From Octopus sinensis (lineage: Eukaryota): DNA of 64,000 bases. Both the position numbers and the translations under genes were made by a program. This document shows positions 52,563 through 64,000 of this stretch, piece after piece. Under the pieces are notes generated by a model. It was given only the letters and a program-made list of their open reading frames with translations, was not told where the DNA came from and made no database searches. Every line of letters begins with the position of its first letter. The stretch's first letter is position 1. The DNA lies in the NCBI RefSeq assembly GCF_006345805.1, contig NC_042999.1, positions 161,634,001-161,698,000 on the forward strand, written 5' to 3'.

Positions 52563-52685
52563 ATACACAATGTAAGAGAGTGTCCACTATGTGGTCGACT
52601 CTTGTGCTAAAAATAGAGACCATAGCGGATCTATTTTTTAGTGCAAGAATCGACCACATAGTGGACACTCTCTTATATTGTGTAT
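52563..52685. repeat. Near-perfect inverted repeat (~57-bp stem, short loop)
   Basis: ATACACAATGTAAGAGAGTGTCCACTATGTGGTCGACTCTTGTGCTAAAAATAGA versus TCTATTTTTTAGTGCAAGAATCGACCACATAGTGGACACTCTCTTATATTGTGTAT. Confidence 0.92.
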
Positions 52686-52700
52686 GTATATATATATATG

Positions 52701-52752
<52 letters not shown>

Positions 52753-53595
52753 CATATAGGAAGGGCGTCCAGCCGTAGAAACATTGCCAGATCAGACTGG
52801 GCCTTGTGCAGCCTTCTGGCTTCCCAGACCCCAGTTGCACCGTCCAACCCATGCCAGCATGGAAAGCAGATGCTAAACGATGATGATGATGATGATGATA
52901 TATGATATATAATTCATATATATATACATATCATATGTATAGATATATGTGAGTGTGTGTGTGTTTAATATGTATATATATATATATATATGTATATAAT
53001 ATGCACTGGTATGGGCATATGATGTGTATGGACAAGGACAGCTGTGTAAAGAAGTGCTGACCTGTAACTGTGGAGGGAACCTTTGGTAGAGGTACACCCA
53101 GGAAAACATGGGACGAGGTGCATCAGACTGGAGTCTGGTGCAGTCTGCCAGCATGCCAGCCCAGTCAAACCAATGTTAAATGATGGTGATAATGATGATA
53201 ATGATGATGATGATGATATATACAAGATGGCACTGTGTTGGTAAGACATGTAAGCTTTAGCTCCAGAAAAGTATTGCAGAACCTCACAGAAATTGATTTG
53301 AATAGAAGTAAAGTGGTCCCTAATGGAAATATAGCTGAAAAGTACGAGCAGTACACCATACTTTTAAGGAATATTTATAAAGAATATAAACTCTTTATAA
53401 AGACGTATATTTGCCATTTAAATATGGCTAACCTGTAAGGGTGGATGCTACTGTAGTTTGTAGCTACTGTTTATAACTCACTCTGAGATTTATCATTGTT
53501 TGATTTCACTTTTTCGATATCAGTGTCTTTACAATACTGGAAAAAGTATATGTATTTGTGAAGGGAACCTACTTTTCATTGACAATTGTGATTGT

Positions 53596-53640
53596 CATAC
53601 GCCGATGACGAGTCAATACCTAGAAACTCGAGTCTGTGTG
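53596..53640 (+). ncRNA. Minimal type I hammerhead-like motif (U4C variant or decayed)
   Basis: catacg-CCGATGA-cgagt-caat-accta-GAAAC-TCGA-GTC-tgtgtg. Stem I is 6 bp with G-U pairs, loop 3 is palindromic and stem II is weak. Confidence 0.55.
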
Positions 53641-54339
53641 TATCATAAGTTGGAGATGGGAAGGGTGGCTTCCCTTTGCAAATACTGATAGGGCACAGAA
53701 AGTGTGTCTATAGCCAGCTGGAAGTGTCCTCCTGGGGCTACAAACTACAGTAGCATCCACCCTTAAGGGTTAGCCATATTTAAATGGTAAATATACATCA
53801 CAATGTGTTGCAGCTCCTGTTTATAACTCGCTCTAAAGATTTATTATTTCTTTATAAAGAGGTTTATATAAATAACATTTCTAAATAAGTACCAATTAGA
53901 AAATATAAATATCATGTAAGGTATAATAATAACAATTTCTTAAACCTATAATAAAACCCTTAATTAAGATTAGTTGCTAATAAAACTTTTGTTCCATAAC
54001 TTAATTATTTCTTTAGCTGACATTAAACATCAGTCTTTATAGATATTACCGTGACAAGTAAATATAAATTTTAGTCTGACATTTTGAATTTTTCTAAAAA
54101 TATCTTACCTATTGATGTTAATAAGCTAAAGATAACTTACCATAGTTTTGGTATATAAACCATTTTACCCCTTCTCTATAATGTTCTACAAATGATTATT
54201 TATTTTATTTTATTTTCAACTAGCTCTTATTTATTTATTTACAAAATTACTCTTAGTCTTATATCTCTATAAATTTCATACTCAGCTTATATAAAACTAT
54301 GCTGGTATATTCACTATTTAAAATAAAGGAAATATGCTT

Positions 54340-55146
54340 AGGGAACCTGTGGAAGATGTAGACCCAGGAAGACCTGGGATGAAGTGGTGAAGCACAACCT
54401 TCGAACTTTAGGCCTCACCAAGGAAATGACTAGTGACTGAGACTTTTGGAAATATGCTGTGCTTGAGAAGACCCGGCAAGCCAAATGAGACCATAACCTC
54501 ATGGCCTATGCCAGGGGCATAACCAGCCCACTTATGCATACCTTTCCTTCTTTGGACACTAAACTCTGCTTGCTAAGGCCTGTTGAGGCAAGTGAAATCA
54601 AAATCAAAATCAAATTCGATGACTGGCATCTGTGCTAGTGGGGTGCGAAGAGCACCATATGAGTGTGATCGTTGACAGAGTGGCTAACTGGCTTCCGAGC
54701 CAGTGGCACATAAAAGGCACCATTCGAGTGTGATCATTACCAGCGTCACCTTACTGGCACTTGTGCCCCATGCTAGTAGGGTGCTAAGAGCACCATCCGA
54801 GTGGTGTGATCGTTGCCAGAGCAGCCAACTGGCTTCCGTGCCAGTGGCACGTAAAAGGCACCATTCAAGCGTGATCGTTACCAGCTTCGACTTACTGACA
54901 CCTGTGCCGGTGGCATGTGTAAAAAGATTCGAGCAAGGTTGTTGCCAGTACTACCTGACTGGCCCCCGTGCCGGTGACACGTAAAAGTAAAAGAACCCAC
55001 TACACTCTCGGAGTGGTTGGTATTAGGAAGCTGTAGAAACTCTGCCAGATCAAGATTGGAGCCTGGTGCAGTCATCTGGTTCGCCAGCCCTCAGTCAAAT
55101 CATCCAACCCATGCTAGCATGGAAAGCGGATGTTAAACAATGATGA
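54340..55146 (+). mobile_element. RTE 3' fragment with a different 3' UTR repeat variant
   Basis: GTCGRCRPRKTWDEVVKHNLRTLGL..., then GCACCAT.CGAG.GTGATCGTT units, then the conserved tail. Confidence 0.85.
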
Positions 55147-55862
55147 TTATGGTGCTTAGACTAGAATTGTTAATATTTAATATATAATTTTTAACATATT
55201 CTTTTACCTTAATTTTCCTTTATTAATACCAGTAAATATCATTTAATCAATAACTATAAATATATGTTAAGTTAGTATTTAAATATATAAATATTGAACT
55301 ATTTCTATATTTTTTGTCCCTCTATTGTGTAAAATTTTGATATAGTCCGAAAGTATTCATAAATATTCTTCTTAGTATTCTTTAGATTAACTCTAAAATT
55401 TATCTGTGTAACAAAATTGTTTTATTGTAGGTAAATGTAGTACTATACCATAAGACTTCCCCTGTCCCATAAGCATTGGTCTACTTAATAGCAGCCAACA
55501 TTTTGTTTGAAGTATCTTCTTACTGAACCAAGTGACTTTGCTTCAAATAAATCTTGATTTATGACTATGCCACTTAAATTGTCTATCTACTTGCCCTACC
55601 CCAAAATGATACTACACTCTGTCTTCTCTCAGATTTGATTAACTAGCCTATAAATTAAAACTGAACCCCCCCACCCCACCTATAATTAAATCTAAATAAC
55701 AGAAATAATCAGTGAAAAGCAGTGTCTTTTTTTGAAAAATTTCAGTTACAACTGTTATGTTGTTGGTAAAACATGTTCTTTGTCTATCTACTTAGCCTCT
55801 TGGTGATTTTGGATAAAAATATACTAATGAATCCTTCGAATTTAATTAAATTCTATATTTTT

Positions 55863-55951
55863 GTGCAGCTGAAGATTGCTATACATTTTAAACTGATGTA
55901 ATGTTTGCATTGTTCAATTAAATGGAGTTGCATGAAACGATCGTACTGCAT
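55863..55951 (+). ncRNA. Type I hammerhead ribozyme-like motif with extended stem II
   Basis: gtgcag-CTGAAGA-ttgc...(long imperfect hairpin)...gcat-GAAAC-GATC-GTA-ctgcat. The core is intact, stem I is 6 bp, loop 3 is palindromic and the cleavage triplet is GUA. Confidence 0.72.
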
Positions 55952-56005
55952 TACTTCTTGATATCCTTGTTGCTTATTTTGATTATATATATACACAAAT
56001 ATATA

Positions 56006-56227
56006 TTTACTCTTTTACTCTTTTACTTGTTTCAGTCAGTTGACTGCAGCCATGCTGGAGCACGGCCTTTAGTCGAGCAACTCGACCCCGGGACTTATTC
56101 TTTGTAAGCCCAGTACTTATTCTATCAGTCTCTTTTGCCGAACCGCTAAGTGACAGGGACATAAACACACCAGCATCGGTTGTCAAGCAATGCTTGGGGG
56201 ACAAACACAGACACACAAACATACACG

Positions 56228-56270
<43 letters not shown>

Positions 56271-56412
56271 TATATATATACGACAGGCTTCTTTCAGTTT
56301 CCATCTACCAAATCCACTCACAAGGCTTTGGTCGGCCCGAGGCTATAGTAGAAGACACTTGCCCAAGGTGTCACGCAGTGGGACTGAACCCGGAACCATG
56401 TGGTTGGTAAGC
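56006..56412 (-). mobile_element. SINE family A copy, 5'-truncated
   Basis: Matches the consensus up to GGTTGGTAAGCA. Confidence 0.88.
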
Positions 56413-56559
56413 ACACACATGTATATATGTATGTATTTCTATGTATATGAATATATAGGTTGCTCATCCCTGACATAGTCTCTCCCCTTTTCCCTAATCC
56501 TTGTCTATCTGTTTACCGCTCTCCCTGTAAAGTTTATACTGGTGTGGATATACATACAA

Positions 56560-57290
56560 TATCTGCATGTTCATAACTATATAACCCACCCTTCCTCTGT
56601 TTCATCTTCCCCCTTTGTTTCTCCCTTTCCCACTTCTCCCTTTCCCACTTCTCCCTTCCCACTTCTCCCTCCCACTCTGTCAATCTCCCCCTCTCTCTCT
56701 CTTTTTCTCCACCTCTTTTTCTTATTCTCTCCCTCTCTCGGCCTCCCTCTAAAGTCTATCTCTATGTAGATATACTTAAGCATATCTGCACATTCATAAC
56801 TATACAACCCCACTCACTCTCCATCTCCCTTCTCTCTTTTTCTGCTCCTCTCCCTTTCTCTTTCCCTCTCTGTTGATCTACCTCTCTTTCTCTCTCTCTC
56901 TGCCTTACTCATCTCACCTCTCCCCCTCAGGTAAATCTCCATGTCTCTCAGTTCCTCTCTCTGCACGCTATTTTGCTCTCTTTCTCTCATGCACCTCTAT
57001 TTCACTCTCTCCCTCCCTCTGCTGACTTGCCATTCACTTTCTCTCTCTACCTCTCACCTCTCTCTTTCTTCCTTTCAGGTCAATCTCCTTGTCTCTCTTC
57101 TTCTCTCTGTTCCTCTATTTCGTTCACTCTCTCTCTTTCTCCTTCTCAAGGCAATCTTCTTTCTCCTCTTTTCTTTGTTCCTCTATTTTGTTCACTCTCT
57201 CTCTTTCTCCTTCACAGGGAAATTTTCTTGTTTCTCCTCTTCTCTCTGTTCCTCTATTTCACTCTCTCTCCCTCCCTCTCTTTCCCCATA
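56560..57290. repeat. CT-rich low-complexity tract with internal duplications
   Basis: Repeated TGTTCCTCTATTT..TTCACTCTCTCTC units and a duplicated ATATCTGCA..TTCATAACTATA segment. Confidence 0.8.
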
Positions 57291-57299
57291 TCCCTAGCA

Positions 57300-59240
57300 A
57301 AGATGTCACAGGATTGGTCAATAAAAGAACTGCAATTATTCATGCATGCTTGGAAAATTGCCATAGGTGACCCACCAAACAGCAGCAATGATTTTCCAAG
57401 AAGCACAGCCCAGATAGAGCAGAAGAAAAGTAAATTCCTCCATTCTTATGCTCTAATTAGATTGCACATGGGTACCCTTGACATGATCCTGGGAGATGAC
57501 TACACCAAGGATGACAAAAAGGATGGAGAAAGCCACCAGGGCCCAACACTTCCTCAAAAGAACAAAACAAAAGCCACGACTGAGATAGCCGTAAATGAGG
57601 GAAGCACTGATACTGGTCAGGCTCCCAAAATGTCAGAAGACCAAAGAGATGTGAGGGCCAAAAGAGGATTAGATGAACATAAAACCAACAGAACAAAAGC
57701 TGTCAGAAGCAAAGAAAAGTGAAGAGTTAAAGAAAAGGAAAAGGAAAAAACAACAAAAGTTACAAGGATAAAAGTAGGAGAATCTGCAAATTTTACCTGC
57801 AAGGATATTGCTGGCATGGTAATGATAGTGCAAACTGATGATAGTGCACATCAGAAGCCCTGCCAAAACTACATGGATCCAAGATAATACTCCCTTCCAC
57901 AAGGAGACAAAAGGAAAGGCACCAAAGTAGAGAAAATGGTGCAGTGTCTACTCCCGAAAAACAATATGTGGATTTAGTGTGTGGCCCAACAAACAGCCAG
58001 CTGACCGACACCCTGCATAGATTTTGAAAAAGTAAAAGCTATCTAACACACCTCTTGCAACACTATGACTGGATGTTAAAACAGCAGCTAAATGACTCAA
58101 AGCGTGGATGTGATATATCTCACTTTGCAAAAGCTTTTGATAAAGTTAACCATGCTATGATATGTCACAAGCAGAAAACTTGGAGAGTAGCTGCATGACT
58201 TTCTAAAAGATAGGCGTTAGGCAATGGTGGCCAACAGAGCTACTTCCAAGGAAATACAAATAGCAAGTGGTGTTCCACAAGGCACTATCTTAGGGCCACT
58301 GCTATTCATAGTGGTCCTCTTAGACATGACCTCAGCTGCTCAGATAGCCACCCTTGCTAGCTATGCAGATGACACAAAAGTCTCTCAGACAATACAAAAT
58401 CCTGGAAATATTGCACATCTGCAACAGGAGTTCGATGCAATATACAAGTGGACTGAGGAAAACAACATGCCATTTAATGCAGGAAAATTCCAGGCCTTGC
58501 ACTTCTAGCACACAAAGTTAAATGACATGCAGACAGGATACACTGGCCCAGGAGGAATTGCAATCCCTAAATCAAAATCAGTGCATGACCTGGGCACTGA
58601 CATGAGCAATGATGCATCTTTTCAAGTGCATATTACCAACTTGGTAATAAAATGCAGACAGCTAGCTGGATGGATCCTCCAAACTTTCAAAACAAGATAA
58701 AAGGAGACATTGATGGTCCTTTAGAGGACATACATCCTAAGCTGCTTGGACTACTGATCTCAACTATGGTCACCACACGATATAAAATTCACAGCAGAAC
58801 TTAAAGCAATCCAACAAAGCTACTCAAAGAAAATCGTCTCAATGCAACATATCAGCTACTGAGAAAGACTGAACGAATCAAACTCTCCTCTTTAGAATGA
58901 AGGCAGGAAAGACATGCAGTGATATACATCTGGAAAATCCAAGAAGGCCTTGTACCAAACTTTGGCATTGAAAGTTACTCAAACAGCAGAATAGGGTGCC
59001 ACTGCACAGTACCAAAGATTCTAGCATTGCCATCAAAATACAGGACCAGTTTACTTCAACAGCTTGGGCTTCTAGAGCCCACAGCTCTTCAATATCCATC
59101 CAAAATGCCTGAGAGACTTGCATGGTGTGGATGTGTCTTTAAAACAAAACCTGATCTCTTGCTGTTAAGAGTTCCAGACAAACCTACCTCACAGCAGGAA
59201 ACGCAGATGAGGGCAGCAGCATCAAACTCTCTCACTGACC
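57300..59240 (+). mobile_element. Decayed CR1/Jockey-group LINE (possible ORF1 remnant plus RT)
   Basis: Frameshifted VDVIY..FAKAFDKV, SGVPQGTILGPLLF, SYADDTKV, LDY*SQLWSP and IYIWKI..GLVPNFGI. Confidence 0.85.
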
Positions 59241-59269
59241 CAATTTTATTCCCACAGAAATTCCTTCCA

Positions 59270-59522
59270 GTACCCCGAAAACAGGACAATGACTAGTCTA
59301 GCAAAGCATGTCTGGGAATTGAAAGAAAATGAAACCCACCCTTTCAATGTAACATGGAAAATCTTAGACAAAGCATCAGCTTACAGACATGGAGCTCATA
59401 AAAGACCCATCAAATGCAATTTATGCCTTTCAGAAAAATTCTTTATCTTGTTCCAGGATAAAAGCACTTTAAGCCAGAGATGCGAACTTTTAAATTCCTG
59501 CAGGCATGCAACAAAATTTTAA
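59270..59522 (+). mobile_element. Penelope-like element, GIY-YIG endonuclease C-terminal fragment
   Basis: TSLAKHVWELKE...VTWKILDKA..Y...CNLCLSEKFFIL...RCELLNSCRH..KF is the typical PLE C-terminus. Confidence 0.8.
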
Positions 59523-60172
59523 ATGTCAAGCGACAAAATACCATATGGATAGTATGCTTTGACTTTTGAATTATTTTCGACTGCTACTTTTGAATTTGTC
59601 TTTGTAATGTATGGTTGTTTTGCATTGCCACGATATTGAATATATTTTGACTCATTCTTTAAGAAGACCTTTGACTATTTTACATATTTCCAAGCTTAGG
59701 CTTTGCTAAGATTTTCATTATTATTATTATTTTATTTTTTATTTTTATTATTTTTTGATATTTTATTTCATTGAATTTTACAAGCCTATTTAATTGTTAC
59801 ATTTAATTTGTAGATGATTCCTTATATGGTGCTGCATTTTGAAACACCTTTTTATCTGTATTTTGATTTTATTTATATGAAGCAGCTTTTGAAATTGCTT
59901 GTATATACATTATGATGTAGATGTGTCACTGTATATTTTTTTATGTGTATGTATGTATTGTGGGTGTACATATGTATGTGTCCGTACGTGTACATGTACG
60001 TGTGTAAGTATACGTGTATGTTTATATTTATGTGCATACGCACATGGATGTATATGTATATGTGTATATACTTATGCTTATGTGAGCATGTATTCGCATG
60101 CATATTTTTGAATATTTATAAATGTAATCATGTGTATTTGTATGCATATCTATAGTTATGTGTATATATATA

Positions 60173-61506
60173 TATGGCACATAAAAACACCATCCGAAGA
60201 CCTGGCAAGACTAGTCAGGCCATAACCCATGGCCCCTACCTGGGACGTAGTCAGTCCACCTGTGCATACCTTCCTTCTTGTGACACTTGTGAAGACCTGT
60301 TGAGGCAAGTGAAAATCAAATCAAAACAAATCAAAATAGATGAACATCAATGGAATCTGTATCTTTGTGGTACCAGTGCCGGTGGCACACAAGAAAACCA
60401 TCCGAACGTGGCCGTAGCCAGTTCCGCATCGACCGGCCTCCGTGCTGTGGGCACATAACAAACACCATCCGATCATGGCCGTTCGCCAGCCTCATCTGGC
60501 ACCTGTGTCGGTGGCACATAAAAACACCTTCCGAAGACCCGGCAAGACTAGTCAGTCCACCTGTGAAGACCTGTTGAGGCAAGTGAAAATCAAATCAAAT
60601 CAAAATAGATGAACATCAATGGAATTTGTATCTTGTGGTACCAGTGCCTGTGGCACACAAGAAATCCATCCGAACGTGGCCGTAGTCAGTACCGCATTGA
60701 CTGGCCATCGTGCTGTGGGCACATAACAAACACCATCCGATCGTGGCCGTTCGCCAGCCTCATCTAGCACCTGTGTCGGTGGCACATAAAAACACCATCC
60801 GAAGACCCGGCAAGACTAGTCAGGCCATATCCCATGGCCCCTACCTGGGACCGAAGACCCGGCAAGACTAGTCAGGCCATATCCCATGGCCCCTACCTGG
60901 GACGTAGTCAGTCCACCTGTGCATACCTTCCTCCTTGTGATACTTGTGAAGGCCTGTTGAGGCAAGTGAAAATCAAAATGAAATCAAAACAAATCAAATC
61001 AAATCAAAACAAATCAAAATAGATGAACATTAATGGAATTGTATCTTTGTGGTACCAGTGCCGGTGGCACACAAGAAAACCATCCGAACGTGGCCGTAGC
61101 CAATACCGCACCGACTGGCCTCCGTGCTGTGGGCACGTAACAAACACCATCCGATCGTGGCCGTTCGCCAGCCTCATCTGGCACCTGTGTCGGTGGCACA
61201 TAAAAACACCATCCGAGCATGGCCGTCTGCCAGCCTCGTCTGGCACCTGTGTCGGTGGCACATAAAAAACACCATCCGAGCGTGGCCGTTTGCCAGCCTC
61301 GTCTGGCACCTGTGTCGGTGGCACATAAAATCACCCACTACACTCTCGGAGTGGTTGGCATTAGGAAGGGCATCCAGCTGTAGAAACACTGCCAGATCTG
61401 ACTGGACTGGTGCAGCTTTCGGGCTCCCCAGACCCCAGTTGAACCGTCCAACCCATGCTAGCATGGAAAGCGGACGTTAAATGATGATGATGATGACGAT
61501 GATGAT
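60173..61506 (+). mobile_element. RTE 3' end with tandemly amplified 3' UTR (same subfamily as 7005-8776)
   Basis: Three higher-order units, 58-bp subrepeats, the conserved tail and (GAT)n. Confidence 0.85.
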
Positions 61507-62055
61507 ATACGTAATTTTGCTTCATGTGTGCATTCGTTGAATGCAATTCGTAAAGTCTCTCTCGTTTCTTTTGTAGCAATCTCTTTCTCTCAGTTTTCTG
61601 TTTCTGTTTCAGTAACTTTTACTTCTTTTCTTTTCACTGTTTCACTCCCTCCTCCCTATGCTTAATGTGCCTCCCATCTCTTTCGCCGGTAGAGATTTTG
61701 TGCACGTGTATGTGTGTATGTATATGTGTATTTGTGTATATATTCATGTCTCACCTATATATGTCTATATATGTATATAACTATGTATAATCAATTCTTA
61801 AACTTGAGTTTCTAAATTAAGATTAAAAGTTTACAATAATACCATCTAATATTATACTATAGATTTTTATTAAGAAACTAAAATATCTGAAATTAGAAGT
61901 TAATTAAATATTATCTTACATTTATATATAAATAAGTAGATATATTCTAGTTATACTGAATAATAAAATATGATTATATATTATATCTAAGTATTATGAT
62001 TAAATTTTATTTGATTTAAAATTAGGGTTTTATTTAATTTCTAAAGAATCAAATG

Positions 62056-62244
62056 TTATCTCATCTTATTAAATAGGCAGTTCAGTTTATGTTTACATTT
62101 AATTTTTCGTTCATTCTGAGTGTTGATCAGTGTTATTTTAGCCATAAATTCATGTGTACACAGAAGACAGAATTCATTACCTATTCTACATGATTTAGTT
62201 TTTAATTCCCATATATATTTACTTAAACCCGTCGAGTTCATCAA
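62056..62244 (-). mobile_element. Penelope-like element C-terminal fragment (second family, deleted)
   Basis: NSTGLSKYIWELK...CLLCTHE...LINTQNE...KCKHK. Confidence 0.65.
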
Positions 62245-62517
62245 TTTTTTTATTCTTAAAAATAATAAGAATTGTAATAAGAATTGTAGGTATTAAGTTT
62301 GATAATTTTAATATGTAGTCCTATATGTACATATTGTGGATAATGTCATTCAATGATGATTGAGTTGCTAGAGGGTGATTCTGTCTCTTAAACCTATCTA
62401 TTTATATGCATATAATACATTTTAGTGCCACTAAATTGAACTTCTCTCTCCTGTGGACTCAGAAATAACTTCCCAAATATTAATAATATATGTATGTATG
62501 TATGTATATATATATAT

Positions 62518-63352
62518 AGCCTGGGCAAAGTTCAGAAAGTTCCTACCTCTCACTCAGAGTGAAAGGTAGAATGTATAATGCATGTGTGTGAACCACCATG
62601 CTAAACTGCAGTGAAATATGGGTCATGACTGCTGAGGTCATGCATAGGCTTGAAAGAAACAAAGCTAGTATGATCCGCTGGATGCATAATGTCACTGTGC
62701 TTACACAACAGAGTGTAAATGCCCTTAAAGAAATGTTGGACATAGAAGCATCAGATGTGGTGAGCAAGAGACAACTGCACCAGTATGGTCATGTGTTGCA
62801 TATAGATGAGGACAGCTGTGTAAAGAAGTGTCAACACCCTAACAGTCAAAGGAACCTGTGGAAGAGGTAGATTCAGGAAGACATAGGATGAAGTGGTGAA
62901 GCATGACCTTCAAATGTTGAACCTCACAGAGGCAACAACAAGAGACTGAGGCCTTTGGAGATATGCTGTGATTGAGAAGACTCAGCTAATAAAGTGAGGT
63001 CGCAGCCATGGCCAATGCCAGTGTTGCATAACCATCCCATTTAAAAGTACCTTTGAAGAATCGGGCAATATGCTGTTCTTGAGAAGACTTGTTAACTCAA
63101 GTGAAATCAAAATCATAATCATGGTCAGTGCTGCCTGACTGGTACCATTTTGGTGGAACATAATAGCACCATTCGATCATGGGTCGATGCTAGTGCTACC
63201 TGACCTGCTCTCCCTCCTGGTGGGAATTAAAAAGCTCCATTCAAACATGGTCGATGCCAGTGCCCCCTGACTGGCTCGCATGCTGAAGCCACGTAAAAAG
63301 CACCCACTACACTCAGAGTTGGTTGGAGTTAGGAAGGGTATCCAGATGTAGA
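62518..63352 (+). mobile_element. RTE 3' fragment (decayed)
   Basis: ML.CSEIWVMTAEVMHRLERNKASMIRWM...LHQYGHVLHIDEDSCVKKC, then UTR and a partial tail. Confidence 0.85.
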
Positions 63353-63617
63353 AAATGCCTCCATCACAGATGAAACTACTACAAGAATTTAGAACAACTC
63401 CAACCATTAAATAGCTGAAAGATTAAAATTAATCAAATTAAAATTGATACACTAAGTAATAACAGAGCCAATGATATCTTCACAAATAATTTCTTGTGAA
63501 TTATTTGCTCTGTATTGAAATTATTTTCACAGTGGTGGCCACCAGGATTCAGTTGAAAATGAATCAGTTCCAGTGCAGACTCCAATGTAACAGGTTGGGG
63601 CTCTCTGTCATTGTAAA

Positions 63618-63668
63618 ACGTGCTGAGGAAGGTGAGGCTATTATGCCAGTCCAGAAACCGATCCACGT
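63618..63668 (+). ncRNA. Minimal type I hammerhead-like motif
   Basis: acgtg-CTGAGGA-aggtga-ggc-tattat-gcc-agtcca-GAAAC-CG-ATC-cacgt. Stem I is a perfect 5 bp. Stem III is one substitution away from GAAACCGGTC. Confidence 0.6.
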
Positions 63669-64000
63669 GAGTCCAAATGCTTGAATGTATGCTGAGATAT
63701 TGTCTCAGCCTGTTTGCCTTTGGACAGTTGATTTCTGTAGTTATTTTGACAATTTAAATGAGTCTTGACTATTATTTCCAGCAGGTAGACATACTTAGTA
63801 CGTCCTTTGATTAATTTTAATCTTTCAGCTATTTAATTCTTTTTTGGGGCCTGCAATCGCCAATATTATTGATTCTGTTATTAACATTTTTAAATTGTTA
63901 TACTAGATTATAATAGAGTCAATGATATCTTCACAAATATATTCTTGTGAATTATTTGCTCTGTATATATACATGTACATATATAAACATATACATCTAT

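Noticed and set aside
56973-57722. 249-aa ORF as a host gene
   Set aside because: The first half is CT low-complexity sequence and the second half leads into a decayed LINE. It is better explained as a LINE 5' remnant.

Overview
AT-rich, repeat-dense animal genomic DNA. The SINE/LINE repertoire and microsatellite load look like Octopus or another coleoid cephalopod (inference, no database search). Almost all ORFs in the supplied track are artefacts of microsatellites or repeats. The window holds 12 copies of one tRNA-derived SINE plus three other SINE families, many RTE-clade LINE fragments (one with an open APE endonuclease ORF), and CR1-like, L1/Tx1-like and Penelope-like fragments. It also has decayed DNA transposons (Chapaev3-like, Tc1, pogo/POGK-like, a non-autonomous Helitron, piggyBac-, hAT- and mariner-type MITEs). 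Four phase-compatible minus-strand exons (40.7 kb to 11.5 kb) belong to an unidentified host gene. The most notable signal is six minimal type I hammerhead-ribozyme-like motifs from several distinct sequence families. Three lie between inverted repeats, and two of those share an inverted-repeat plus direct-repeat layout in short non-coding units. Other points of interest are a 94-bp target-site duplication around a SINE, a dual-frame 3' exon controlled by an 85-nt candidate cassette exon, a ~57-bp-stem foldback, higher-order repeat arrays in RTE 3' UTRs, and a complex inverted/direct duplication at a pogo end. Coordinates were read by eye: splice sites, TSDs and ribozyme cores should be near-exact, and ends of decayed repeats are approximate.
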